A stretch of DNA of 63,541 nucleotides, counting the filler, from an uncultured bacterium (GTDB lineage: Bacteria > CAZSTA01), in NCBI GenBank assembly GCA_964609495.1. It is 2 parts of 2 records of this genome, joined end to end, with 100 filler letters (N's around TTAATTAATTAA, not from the genome) between each part and the next. Parts side by side here need not be neighbours in the genome. Positions count along the whole stretch, not along the records: positions 1 to 31,934 come from CAZSTA010000018.1; positions 32,035 to 63,541 come from CAZSTA010000019.1. One strand, 5' to 3'. The notes under the pieces are model-generated. The model was not told the origin of the DNA. It ran no database searches and was given only the letters and a program-made list of their open reading frames with translations. Below, piece by piece: positions 28,827 to 39,553 of this stretch. Position 1 is the first letter of the stretch. Each line of letters starts with the position of its first letter. A program made the translations under genes and the position numbers.

Positions 28827-31800
28827 TTATTTATTCTGTAGGGATTCTTCAATGAGTCTGATCTCCTCATCAGTTAGATTATAGAGCTTATAGACAAGTT
28901 GATCAATCTTGTCATCGGTAGTTTTGATTAATCTCCTTAGCAAATCCTTCTCATGTCCAGTCTGAGCTTGTTGCAGTCTCTTATTGAGATCGAGCATTTG
29001 ATCTACAAGGGATACTAGATCATCATGCATTTTCTTTTCAATGGGGTTAGAGAAGTCGATTGTGCGAATGGGAATCCTTGCAATCTCGTTTTTGGCATAA
29101 GAGTACATTCCTTTGCTCTTTAATTTCCCTATACCTTTGATAAACCTAAAAGTTAATAGTTTTGAATTTAGCAATCCAAGAACATATTTTATATTAATTT
29201 GTTTATCCCTTTTCTCAAATATAGCGTATGTATCCGTAGAACCTATATATTCTGCTTTCTCATCAAGAGCAAACTTGTTTTTATCAGCAATAATTGGCGA
29301 CATTATCTTGGGCATATGATACATATCTTTATGCAAAGGAAAAGTATACTTGTACCACTCACAATCTCCTCTCTTATATGCAGCTCTATTTCTCAATTCA
29401 TCTCTATTCCTCAATAGGTAATTTGCAATATTGGAAGGACAACCTTTGAAGTCGTTTAAATCCTCAATGTAGATCATATATTCTCCAGAGGGAACTATAG
29501 AATATCTATCGATACTCGAATTTACAGCTCTAGGTTTTAGATATTCCCTCTCCAACTTTAAATTGTTTACATCCTGCTCATATTTTCTACCAAATATCTC
29601 GTTTCTTCCTGTTTCCATTCCTTTCCCAATTATAGCTATTTCTTCTAATTGGTTACTCTGTCTATCGATTTTTTCAAATATCTTTTGAATTTGCTCATCA
29701 ACAAAATTCCAAGCATCTTCACTTAACTTATTTTGAGGATAATAAAATACCTCAACAATTTCAGATTTATTTTCTAACTTTTCCTCCATATTATCTATTA
29801 TTAAACTTCCTTCTATATTATCATCTAGGGCTTTTATAACTCCGATCATATTATTTTCCCTTCTATTAGGATCAATTTCCTTAACCAGTGATATTATAGC
29901 CGTAGATATACCTACTCCCTTAAAGATTATAACTCCTCTGAAGTCGATAATTTCTGATATCCTCGAGTTATTCAATATAAAACTTCGGAGTTTTTTAGCT
30001 TTTGCTGATTCTAGGAATGCTCTAGAAATGATAAAACTTAACTTATTTCTGGAAAGTTCTAATCCTCTAGCTATAAAGTAAAATAGAATATCTGTCTTAT
30101 CCATCCAAATAACTGGAAAACTCTTTTTAATAAATAAACCCTCTATAGACTTTTTCCCCCAAACCTGATCAATATTTAGATATGGCGGATTCCCAATTAC
30201 CACATCAAATCCACCTCTATCCATAATCTCCTTGAACTCCCTTTCCCAATCAAATGGATTGATCCTCCTTAACTCCTCTGGCATTCCGAATAGTTCCCTA
30301 TTGTCCTCCAGAATATCAGATCCGATCAAGCTATTCCCACACTTGATATTACCCTCTAACCTCGGCAGGATGTCTCTCATACTAGACTTGAAATCCACAC
30401 CCTCCAGCATCTTCAAGTATAAACTCATCTGAGTGACCTCTACCGCCTGAGGATCGATATCCGTTCCATAGATGTTATCCAAGAGAATTTGTGCCTTATA
30501 CTCGACTTGTAACCTGATATTACTATCCCTATCCCGATAGAGAGTATTATGATTAAAGAGATTCCTCTCCTCGATCTTGTCCTGATGCTCCTCATAATAC
30601 TTAATATGATGGTCTAAGAGCTTCTGATAAGCAGAGATCAGGAATGACCCCGATCCACAAGCAGGGTCTAGGATTTTGATATCCCTGATCTCCTCGGGGG
30701 TCTTTCCCTCGATAACCTTACCTACTGTATTCTCCACAATATAATCCACGATATATTGAGGGGTATAATAGATACCTCCCGCCTTCCTAACCTCTGGCTT
30801 ATCCTCGACCTTAGCGCGATGAGCAGGAGTCAGTCTGATAGTCTTGCCTAAGAATCGCTCATAAATACTACCTAAGATCTCCACTCCTACCACATTGAAC
30901 ACATAAGGAGTCTTATCAGCTAACTGATACATAATCGGTCTTAGTGTATTATCATCGACCTTTATCTCATCACATATATCCCTCTTGAATAATCCACCGT
31001 TATAGATCGCATTAAACCTCTGAAGCTCCTCCTGTAAATAATCGATCAGAGATCTAGTCTTACCCTCCTCATTCCACCTCCTCAATATATCCGATAATAT
31101 ATCATCCTTCTCGATCTCCCTATCTATGCAGGCCCTCATAAAGATGAGCTTATCCAATAACTTCTGCACCGCGGTATTTAGAGCCTCTAAGGATAGACCT
31201 TTATTCCTTAGAGCTATATTACGAGCAAGCTTCTCCCTCCACACTGATAGATCATCCAGAATCGTCTCATCAACAGGAATCCTCTCCTTCTCGATCTTCT
31301 TCCCCTTTATATAACACTTATTCAAGCTACCAGCAGCGACATTATTACGTTCAAAGGTCTCCCATAGCAGATCGAACTTATCAATATACTCCTTATAGCT
31401 TAGATCGAATATCGCTCCAATATCGGGTTTCTTAGGATTAGGTCTGATCGTTCCATCGAAAAAGCGAAGCTCCTCGAAGTCAGTTAAGATAGCGAAATCC
31501 ACCCTGTTCCTTGTTCCAGATTGGGTAGAGTAGGCATATCTCACCGCTTGGTTTATATAATCGCTCTTTATATTCAGATCGTATCTCGGATGTTTTGCCT
31601 CTAAGAAGAACACAGGTTTTCGGTCGATATAGAAGGTATAATCGGGCTTTCTTATAGCTTCTCTTCCTCTAAAGGTCTCTTGCGCCAGAACCTCTCTATC
31701 CGATCCAGTAAAGCGATCCGTATAGACATCCCAATTCAGAGCATAGAAAAGCTTATCGATGAACTCCCGACATATCTGCTCTTCGTTATATCGCGTGGGG

Positions 31801-31895
31801 TCTTTATACATACCGATATTTTGATGGAATTTTTTAACTAAATTTTCAGTTATCTCCAGAGCTTGATCTTTAGTATGAAAAGTATATCTAGGCAT
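28827..31895 (-). CDS. Type IIG restriction-modification enzyme (Eco57I-like REase-MTase-TRD fusion)
   Basis: KPDY..LEAK nuclease, GIYYTP, LDPACGSGSFL, GNPPY, TaqI-C-like tail. Confidence 0.9.
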   Translation of the reverse strand: MPRYTFHTKDQALEITENLVKKFHQNIGMYKDPTRYNEEQICREFIDKLFYALNWDVYTDRFTGSDREVLAQETFRGREAIRKPDYTFYIDRKPVFFLEAKHPRYDLNIKSDYINQAVRYAYSTQSGTRNRVDFAILTDFEELRFFDGTIRPNPKKPDIGAIFDLSYKEYIDKFDLLWETFERNNVAAGSLNKCYIKGKKIEKERIPVDETILDDLSVWREKLARNIALRNKGLSLEALNTAVQKLLDKLIFMRACIDREIEKDDILSDILRRWNEEGKTRSLIDYLQEELQRFNAIYNGGLFKRDICDEIKVDDNTLRPIMYQLADKTPYVFNVVGVEILGSIYERFLGKTIRLTPAHRAKVEDKPEVRKAGGIYYTPQYIVDYIVENTVGKVIEGKTPEEIRDIKILDPACGSGSFLISAYQKLLDHHIKYYEEHQDKIEERNLFNHNTLYRDRDSNIRLQVEYKAQILLDNIYGTDIDPQAVEVTQMSLYLKMLEGVDFKSSMRDILPRLEGNIKCGNSLIGSDILEDNRELFGMPEELRRINPFDWEREFKEIMDRGGFDVVIGNPPYLNIDQVWGKKSIEGLFIKKSFPVIWMDKTDILFYFIARGLELSRNKLSFIISRAFLESAKAKKLRSFILNNSRISEIIDFRGVIIFKGVGISTAIISLVKEIDPNRRENNMIGVIKALDDNIEGSLIIDNMEEKLENKSEIVEVFYYPQNKLSEDAWNFVDEQIQKIFEKIDRQSNQLEEIAIIGKGMETGRNEIFGRKYEQDVNNLKLEREYLKPRAVNSSIDRYSIVPSGEYMIYIEDLNDFKGCPSNIANYLLRNRDELRNRAAYKRGDCEWYKYTFPLHKDMYHMPKIMSPIIADKNKFALDEKAEYIGSTDTYAIFEKRDKQINIKYVLGLLNSKLLTFRFIKGIGKLKSKGMYSYAKNEIARIPIRTIDFSNPIEKKMHDDLVSLVDQMLDLNKRLQQAQTGHEKDLLRRLIKTTDDKIDQLVYKLYNLTDEEIRLIEESLQNK

Positions 31896-31934
31896 ATTAC
31901 ATCTCCATTTTATCTCAAGTTTGACGGTATCGTT

Positions 31935-32034
31935 NNNNNNNNNNNNNNNNNNNNNNNNNNNNNNNNNNNNNNNNNNNNTTAATTAATTAANNNNNNNNNN
32001 NNNNNNNNNNNNNNNNNNNNNNNNNNNNNNNNNN
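31935..32034. other. Artificial contig linker / assembly gap
   Basis: 100 nt of N with central TTAATTAATTAA (stops in all six frames). Confidence 0.95.
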
Positions 32035-32088
32035 CTACGAACCGGAAATCCACCTTAAATCCTTGTCCAGTTTTCAGGGGAAAGCTCA
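32035..32088. mobile_element. Probable terminal repeat of an IS3-family element at contig edge
   Basis: TGTCCAGTTTTCAGGGGAAAGCTCA ending in CA, abutting AT-rich avs4 coding sequence. Confidence 0.55.
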
Positions 32089-32518
32089 GCCTGTTCTGTT
32101 TTAATACGTGATTTTTTTGATAAGTTAAATTCAGAGGAAAAAGAATTTTGCAAAGAAGTAATTATTGAATATGCGTCCACTCCATTTAAAGTCAAACATT
32201 ATTATTATCAAATCTCCGACGGCACAGAACCATCTATTATTATTTTGCCTGACCTTATAAAGCATTTTCCTAAAGATAAAGAAAACGTCAAATTATTATT
32301 ACTTCTATTACTACTTAATCCATGGAGAGAGATATCAACCTTTGCTACCAGTAGCATTCTATATAACTTATGGAAAATTGATTTCGATGCTGCCCATACT
32401 ATCTTTTTAGGTTATCTCTTACTAAAAACAAAATATAATGAATTAAGAGACGATATCAGAAAAGAAAATCACCAAAAGAATATCTACGAACTTTCAGAAG
32501 TACAGGTTTTAGAATGTT

Positions 32519-33726
32519 TAGTCTTGGAAACAATAGACATATAATTAGCTTATAGTGTGCAAAGTAGCGATTCACTTCCCTACAATTTGGATTAGTGTTG
32601 AGAAGAAATACCAATTAAGCAAGATAAGGAGCGAGATTGCGAAGATTAGATCGATGCGATTTGTTACAGAGAAGTATAGCATTAAAAGCTACTATCTTAC
32701 GCTGGATATATTCGGTGATCCTTCTTACTCCTTTTAGATGCTTCGGCAACTTCAAGAAATCTAAGCTATGCTTCAATTGATCTATAACTTCTTCTATCAC
32801 TACTCTTTTATGATACCACTTTCTCCCTCTCTTCGTCCCATATTCTAAGATACCTTTATCTCTTATGCTCCCTCGTTCCTTCAACTTCTCCCTCTGCTCT
32901 GGGCTCAATTTCAACCTTAAATCTGCTCCTTTCCGAGGATTAGGAGGTATTATCATCTGTATCCCTAGCTCCTCAAACGCTAGCTCATATACTTCATTAG
33001 CATCATATCCTTCATCTCCTATTCCCACTCTCATCTTCCTCCTTTTCCTCTCGGAGATGCGTCTTCGCATCTGGTTAAATAGCTTCTGAGCTATCTTCGA
33101 CTCCCTCTTCTCCGCAGTAGTCCAGAAGAAAGCTATTATTACTCCGTCTCTGGTAACTATAAGATGTAGTTTGTATCCATAGAAGATATTATCATCTGAA
33201 GTAGCTCCCCACTTAGCTAAATGATCCTTGCGGGAGCGAGGGATATCAGTCATATCTATAGCTATTAGAGAGAGATTACGACTGTTGAGGAGACGGGTAA
33301 GGAGGCGACGTAAGAGCTTCTCTAAGAAGGCTTTGACTGACGGATGATGAGAATGATTATTGAGTGTTCTCCGAGAGGGTATCTGAGATAGTCTAACTCC
33401 GAGCAGTTGTCGATAAGTAGGATCATGATAAGCAGTAAGCTTCTGGTGAAGAAGATTGATAGACCAACCTTTGGTAGTAGCGAGAAGTAGCATAAGAGCG
33501 GATTTAGCTACGGTCTCGTCGGATAGGGAGCGACCAGATTTGGGAGAAGAAGGACGCCCCTTTTTTCTGACAAGTTCTCTTCGGTAATTTTTTTCAGTAT
33601 GTCAAAGAGCTGTTTTAGCTTTAACAGTAGCGATCATTCCTTTCTGAGAAAGAAGTAAAATGTTATGATCTATTTTACCATATCTCTGGAATTATCGCCA
33701 CTTTCTTATCATTCTTTCCAACACTA
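32519..33726 (-). mobile_element. ~1.2-kb DDE insertion sequence (IS5/IS982-like)
   Basis: Ends TAGTCTTGGAAA / TTTCCAACACTA (11 of 12 match); flanked by TGTT duplication (or ATGTTT if ends are 1 nt shorter). Confidence 0.88.
32615..33637 (-). pseudogene. DDE transposase with in-frame TGA at codon 12
   Basis: IAIDMT, YGYKLH, GDEGYD, YHKRVVIEEV; frame extends upstream of 33493 to ATG 33637 through TGA at 33602-33604. Confidence 0.7.
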
Positions 33727-35017
33727 TGTTTTATAAAAAAATATGAAAATGAATTAGAAAATGTTGTTTCAAATAAAATTACTTATGCTGAATTGAATGA
33801 TTTAGAAAAGTTAGATTTGGAAACTTTAAAAACGGCTTTCGAGCTTATACCTCTAAAGACAGAAAATGAAGACCATAAAAAATTCTTAGCTATCGTCTTT
33901 CCTGGCTTTTCCAAAAAACTGTTCCAAGATGATGACAGAGATGACTATACGGTGAAGCATAGAATTCTGAATAAATTTGCATGCTTTATTTTAAATTCAA
34001 CAAAAGAAGAAATCGAAACATACTTAAAACCTTTTGTTGATAATTTCAGCAATTCAAAAGAAATGGCTGATTTTTTTCAAGAGTTCATTACTGTAGAGGA
34101 TAGATTAAATAAATATGAAGAATTCTGGGCTGTATGGAATGTTTTTTATGATAAAATAGTTGAGATTTGTAAAAAGCAAAGCTCTCATCATTATACAAAA
34201 GAAATCCTGCATAATTATCTTCTAGCATGGCCATATTGGAAAGAAGATGCAAAAGAATGGCATACATTAAAAGATAGAGAGAAATTATTTTTTAAAAAAG
34301 TCGCGGAAGATATAGGACATCATCCTTCAGTCTTATACTCTCTTTCAAAAATCCTCAATGATATAGGAAGTAATTTTATTGATGATGGTATAATTTGGAT
34401 AAGTAATATCTTACAGAAGAATAACCAATTGATTTCAGAAGAATTAGAGACAAACACCACTTATTATATGGAAAATATTGTTAGAAAGTATATTATGAAA
34501 AATCGTCATAAAATTAAAAAATCCGTACAGCTTAAAAACAAAGTTATTGCTATATTAAACTTTTTAGTAGAGAAAGGTTCTGTGACAGGATATTTGTTAA
34601 GGGAAGATATACCATAAACGGTTCCCAGAAAATAGGGAAGGTTCCTATCCTCTTAGCTCAGAACCGACCAAAATCTAGCTCTTAAATGTCGTCATCTATG
34701 TAATAGTGCGTCAAATACATCTCTCCTTATATGCAATTCTTATATAAACGACTTGTGAATATCATCCCTTACCTCTCCAGCTTTTTCTACTTACCATCTA
34801 CACCTTCTTATTAAAGATCGGATAAAGTTATTTTCCTACATCAAGAACAGTTGGGATGCTGACCCAAGCTGTTCTCGTTTCGTCAAATTGAGTAGGGTCA
34901 CATGTTGTTTGAGAATTGTGGCAGGTCTTGTCCTCACATGTCCGAACGGCAGCGCTTGTATCGCTTATGCATTTATTACCTCCCCCTAACAGAAAATCTC
35001 GTTCTCAAGAGTGAAGC

Positions 35018-35614
35018 ATGCATAAGCGGAAACTCTGGAATAATAAGAAGATATACCCGACTTATGAACCCTACCCCATAAGCCGGGATTTTGAGGGGCA
35101 GGCATATTCAACAAAGGATGCTTCCCATGGACAGTCTATTGACAGCATAAAGGAGCAAGCCCCTGAAGAGCTCTCCCTTATCAGTGACCCATCACCTTCT
35201 GGAGACTGGTTTCCACCACGACCGATAACTCCCGATGAGCAATCTTCTCTTCGTCCCCTGCACCTGCTCAACTCCCTCTTCACCGAGCGTCTCAACTTCC
35301 TGCAATGCGCCCTTGAGGAGCTGCGAGATGCTCAGCATGACCGGGAACGGCTTACTGACAAGGCATTTGAGGAACTCGATTCTGAGATACAAGAATGCGA
35401 ACATTCCTTATCCCTCACCTTGCTCATTGACCCAGAGCAAAAACGGCACCTCCAACGCCGCCTCCTTGAGCTCAAGCGGGAACGCCGCCGGGAAGCCCTC
35501 TTGAGCTGGCGAGACCTTGTCTGGCTCAGAGGTGAAATCAGGAAGCTTCAACGCGAGATCGATACTCTCGGAAGAACAGCCAAGTCAACTAAAAACCGCA
35601 AGGCTCCAACGTGA
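35018..35614 (+). CDS. Hypothetical coiled-coil protein
   Basis: E/R/L-rich helical C-half; GTGA overlap with next gene. Confidence 0.65.
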   Translation: MHKRKLWNNKKIYPTYEPYPISRDFEGQAYSTKDASHGQSIDSIKEQAPEELSLISDPSPSGDWFPPRPITPDEQSSLRPLHLLNSLFTERLNFLQCALEELRDAQHDRERLTDKAFEELDSEIQECEHSLSLTLLIDPEQKRHLQRRLLELKRERRREALLSWRDLVWLRGEIRKLQREIDTLGRTAKSTKNRKAPT

Positions 35615-37551
35615 TCAGTATGTACTTCAAGGAATTCAAGTCCCTCTTGGCAAAGCTCCGCCCGGTCATAGGTGAGCTTGCCGATGCCTTCTGGCTGGCT
35701 ACTCTCCTCGATCCGAGTCAAGAGAAAGATATGCACGCCGTTGCTCAGGCCATGGCAGCCGAACTGCTGAATGAGAGCTACATCGGAAGACACATCCTGC
35801 TTGAGCCACCTCCCAAAGAAACTGCAAAGGGTGAGTACCCGTTGGGGATTATCACCTACGCGGACAAACCTGTGTGTGCCTTCGGCTTGAGAGAAAGCGA
35901 CCTGCCACAACACGTGTTGATTCTGGGTCGCTCTGGTGCTGGGAAAACCAACGTTGGTTACATCCTGGTCTGGAATCTTCTGCGTGCGAGAAAGCCTTTC
36001 CTCGTCCTAGACTGGCGCAAGAACTACCGGCACTTCCTAAACCGGGCTGAAGGGAAGGATATCCTTCTCTTTTCCCTGGGAGAGGAAGAATCGCTATCCT
36101 TCAATCCCCTTGACCCGCCACCTAACCTCATCCAGAGCCAACGGGAAGCATACATGCGGGACATAATCTCTATTATTTGCACGACTTACCTGCCCGGCCA
36201 CCAACTGCTTTCCACCCGGGGAGTCGAATACTTATTCTTAAAAGCCTTAGCTGAGATTGAGGAAGAAGAACCGCTAACCTTCAATGATATTCGCCGATAT
36301 GTAGAGAATTACAAAGCTCATTCCAGAGAAATCGACTGGAAAGTTTCCGCGGTGAATGTTCTGTTCAAATTGACCACCGGTCCTATAGGTCGGCTTACAA
36401 ATTGTCTCGGCATCATAAGCCTTTCGGATATCTTAAACAAGCCAGTCATTCTGGAGCTTGACAGTTTAGGAAGTGAGACTGACCGCTCTCTTTTCACCCA
36501 GACCTTCCTGCTCTGGCTCTACTACTATCGCCTCGCGGAAGGGAAATCGCAAACCTCCAAACATGTCCTGATCGTGGAGGAAGCCCATAACCTATTTCTT
36601 CGCCGCGCCGATAATCGCCAATCCGTCCATGATATGATGCTCAGGCAGATGCGGGACTTAGGGCAGGCACTCGTTTTATTGGACCAAAACCCCAGCCTCT
36701 TGTCTATCCCAGCTTTGGGTAACACAGGAGTAACCATCTGCCTCAACCTCAAGCACGGAGATGACATAGAGGCTGCCGGAAAAGCCTTGACACTGCCGCC
36801 GGAGAACCGAGACTACATCGGCAAGTTGCCCATAGGATACGCCATAGTCAAGGTGCAGGACCGATGGCCAAGTCCCTTCCTCGTTCGCTTCCCCCAGTTT
36901 CAAATTTCCAGTCCTCTGAAGTCACCCTATACTGAAAGAAACCATATTCGAGGTTATTCCCTTAAACAGACTGTGGAGGAACTCCAGTCAGTCCTGAACG
37001 AAGCTATTCGGGCTCTTCCCCAGTCGGACAGAAGACAAAGGAAAGAGCAAGGAATAAGTGCGCAGGAGCGAAGTTTACTGCTCGATATCGTAAATTATCC
37101 TCTGTCAGTTATCACCGAGAGGTTCAAGAGGCTCGGCTGGAGTGCCCATACAGGAACGAAAATCAAATGGAGGTTGTTGGAAAAAGGATTTATTGAGCAA
37201 GAGAAAGTCAGCGTGCCGAAGGGTAGCGTCACTCTGCTCAAGCTTACTGAAGAAGGCACGAGATTTCTTGCTTCATCAGGGATTGAGGTGAAGGCGTTAC
37301 CGAAGAATGCCAGCTTGGAGCATGAGTATTATAAGGAATTGGTGGCTGAGCGTTACCGGGCAAGAGGTTACAAGGTGGAGAAAGAGGTCCTTATAGGTGA
37401 GGGGAAGTCCATAGATTTGGTGGCAATGAAAGGTAATGAGCGAATTGCGATAGAGATAGAGACCGGGAAGTCGGATGTAGAAGCTAACAAGAAGAAATGC
37501 AGAGAAGCTGGGTTTGAGAAAGTAGTTATCGTAAACACCTGCGGACGCTAA
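35611..37551 (+). CDS. HerA/VirB4-like (DUF87) ATPase with C-terminal wHTH and PD-(D/E)xK domain
   Basis: GRSGAGKT, VLDW, LIVEEAH, QMRDLG, DQNPS; C-terminal IDLVA..IAIEIETGKS. Confidence 0.8.
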   Translation: MISMYFKEFKSLLAKLRPVIGELADAFWLATLLDPSQEKDMHAVAQAMAAELLNESYIGRHILLEPPPKETAKGEYPLGIITYADKPVCAFGLRESDLPQHVLILGRSGAGKTNVGYILVWNLLRARKPFLVLDWRKNYRHFLNRAEGKDILLFSLGEEESLSFNPLDPPPNLIQSQREAYMRDIISIICTTYLPGHQLLSTRGVEYLFLKALAEIEEEEPLTFNDIRRYVENYKAHSREIDWKVSAVNVLFKLTTGPIGRLTNCLGIISLSDILNKPVILELDSLGSETDRSLFTQTFLLWLYYYRLAEGKSQTSKHVLIVEEAHNLFLRRADNRQSVHDMMLRQMRDLGQALVLLDQNPSLLSIPALGNTGVTICLNLKHGDDIEAAGKALTLPPENRDYIGKLPIGYAIVKVQDRWPSPFLVRFPQFQISSPLKSPYTERNHIRGYSLKQTVEELQSVLNEAIRALPQSDRRQRKEQGISAQERSLLLDIVNYPLSVITERFKRLGWSAHTGTKIKWRLLEKGFIEQEKVSVPKGSVTLLKLTEEGTRFLASSGIEVKALPKNASLEHEYYKELVAERYRARGYKVEKEVLIGEGKSIDLVAMKGNERIAIEIETGKSDVEANKKKCREAGFEKVVIVNTCGR

Positions 37552-37783
37552 AAGGGAGTGAAGGGTTTTGGCATACCAAAAGCCACTATAGTCAAGATTA
37601 TTTCTCTATTTTTATCACTCGGCTGATGGAATATGTAAATCGTCTCATTGTTGTATCTACCACTTATTTAAGAAATCCCTGATAACATCTTCTAGGGGAA
37701 TGAATTTAGATAAAGCTCGGCTATCAATCTTTTTCTGCCAGAATTATAGAAAATCTTTTATCCGCGCCAATCGCACTGCCTAC

Positions 37784-37797
37784 AAAAAACTTATAAG
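37784..37797 (+). promoter_or_regulatory. Archaeal-style BRE/TATA-like motif before cdc6
   Basis: AAAAAACTTATAAG, TTATAA 20-25 nt before ATG, no Shine-Dalgarno. Confidence 0.4.
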
Positions 37798-37815
37798 TTT
37801 TATCAGAACGACGAT

Positions 37816-38859
37816 ATGCGTATGCGAGCAGACGGTGAACGCATCATACTAGCTAATCCAGACATCCTCAGCGGGAGTTATGTCCCTATTCACGGTCGGG
37901 AAGCCCAGCTCAAGGAGATAAGCCTTTGTCTCCGGCCCATCACGGAAGGCAGAGAGCCGGTGAACTGCTGGTTGCACGGGAAGCCAGGTGTGGGCAAGAC
38001 TGCTACTGCTTGCTGGATCCTGCGAAAGCTTGAGAGTGAAGCAGGTATTCGCGGCGTGTATGTCAACTGCTGGGAGAACCCCACCTTCTTCTCGGTGCTG
38101 GAGTGCATCGCTAGGAAGCTGCGTATGCTTGGAGCTGAGAAACTCAGCACCTCCTTCAAGCTTGAAAGGCTGAAGAGACACCTATCCCACGAGCGGATGG
38201 TCCTCGTCCTTGACGAGATCGATCAGCCCGTGCCAAAGGAACGCAATGCTATCCTCTACAACCTCTCTGACCTTTCCACTGTCGGTCTGATATGTGCCTG
38301 CAACTCTCAGTACGTGTATTTCGGCTTGGAGGAAAGGGTGGAGTCCAGACTTAACCCCGCTCGGATACTTTTCGATGAGTATTCGCGGGATGAGCTATTT
38401 GGCATTTTGGACCAGCGTGCCCAATACGCCCTCGTTCCCCGGACCTACAACGAGGCTCTCCTGCACGTAATTGCCCAGCTTGCGGACGGGGATGCCAGAA
38501 TAGCCATCCAGACCCTGAAGAACGCGGCCTACCTGGCGGAAAAGGAGGATCACGAAAAGATCACGGCCTCGCATGTAAAGTGTGCGTGGAATTCCGCGAA
38601 GGACTTGAAGAAGACCTATCTGCTCCGCAAGCTCACCGATCATCACCGTCTGTTGTATGAATTGATTGCGAAGAACCCAGGTATTTTATCTGGTAATCTG
38701 TGGCGGCTGTATCTGAAGACGTGCGAGGCTAGGGACATTAAGCCGATAGCGGTGAGGACATATTCGGACTACTGCAACAAACTTGCGGAGCTTGGATTAG
38801 TCGAGGCAAAGAGGGCCGCGATCCAGGGGAAGGTGAGGGAGTTCCGCATCGTGAGCTAG
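37816..38859 (+). CDS. cdc6: Orc1/Cdc6-family AAA+ initiator-like protein
   Basis: GREAQL, GKPGVGKT, VYVNCW, VLDEID, ESRL, GDARIAI, C-terminal winged helix. Confidence 0.88.
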   Translation: MRMRADGERIILANPDILSGSYVPIHGREAQLKEISLCLRPITEGREPVNCWLHGKPGVGKTATACWILRKLESEAGIRGVYVNCWENPTFFSVLECIARKLRMLGAEKLSTSFKLERLKRHLSHERMVLVLDEIDQPVPKERNAILYNLSDLSTVGLICACNSQYVYFGLEERVESRLNPARILFDEYSRDELFGILDQRAQYALVPRTYNEALLHVIAQLADGDARIAIQTLKNAAYLAEKEDHEKITASHVKCAWNSAKDLKKTYLLRKLTDHHRLLYELIAKNPGILSGNLWRLYLKTCEARDIKPIAVRTYSDYCNKLAELGLVEAKRAAIQGKVREFRIVS

Positions 38860-38953
38860 ATCGCTTAGTACTTCGCCATCTCCTCAGCGCCAAATTGCCA
38901 ATAAAAGTAGTCAATCCTCTCTAAAATGTTTTTCTATAACTAACCAATGTTTA

Positions 38954-39523
38954 TCACTTAATACCGAGTTCTTTCATTGCGGTGAGAAAGAAATCGAGAG
39001 AATTCCTTACCTTTTCTGTTCCTATCTTCTCAGCTTCTTTGGTATAAAAACCCCTTCTTTCCAGATTCTTGATCCTTTCAAAAGCATCATTAAGGGCAGT
39101 TTCCAGACCCCATTTATTTTCCCCGGCAAAAATAAAGAACCTTGCTATCCCCACTGCTCCAAAGGAATCCAGCTTGTCGGCATCGAACAATATCTTTTCC
39201 TCAATTGTTTTAGGGCTTTTCTGGGAGAAGGTGGAATGGGTTTCTATACATCTTATTATCTTTTCCCTCTCTCTTTTCGAAAATCCCGCTCTTTTTAGAA
39301 ATTCTTCGGGTAATTTTGAGCTGAAATGCTCTTTTTCACTTCGGTCTATGTCATGCAAAAGAATAGCCGGAATAAGTATATTAAGGTCAGGCTTTTCGTT
39401 CTCAGATATCCTCAAAGCATAATCTAGAGTTCTTTGGATGTGATCCCAGCCATGCGAAGGGGATTTGTACTTATGGTAATGTTCCTTCAAAAGCTTCTCT
39501 AAAGACCTAATTTGTGAATTCAT
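38954..39523 (-). CDS. HD-domain phosphohydrolase
   Basis: HGWDHIQR, LLHDI, H, DADKLD. Confidence 0.88.
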   Translation of the reverse strand: MNSQIRSLEKLLKEHYHKYKSPSHGWDHIQRTLDYALRISENEKPDLNILIPAILLHDIDRSEKEHFSSKLPEEFLKRAGFSKREREKIIRCIETHSTFSQKSPKTIEEKILFDADKLDSFGAVGIARFFIFAGENKWGLETALNDAFERIKNLERRGFYTKEAEKIGTEKVRNSLDFFLTAMKELGIK

Positions 39524-39553
39524 AGTTTATTTTAGCTCTTGAAGAAATAAAAG

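Larger units (their letters stand above)
32089..34617 (+). pseudogene. avs4: C-terminal part of AVAST type 4 anti-phage STAND NTPase, IS-interrupted
   Basis: Frame open from 32089 (ACSVLIRDFF..) to 32518 and resumes at 33727; ends ..ILNFLVEKGSVTGYLLREDIP, matching my recollection of the Avs4 C-terminus. Confidence 0.75.

Noticed and set aside
4068-31314. Numerous short plus-strand ORFs in the track
   Set aside because: Antisense shadows of well-supported minus-strand genes with no motifs
31979-31990. TTAATTAATTAA palindrome as a biological site
   Set aside because: Centred in Ns; a six-frame-stop spacer
28827-34617. One defence island spanning the type IIG gene and avs4
   Set aside because: They are separated by an artificial contig linker, so adjacency is not established
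37552-37815. ORB-type origin next to cdc6
   Set aside because: Only a weak partial match (TTCTAGGGGAAT), no repeated boxes
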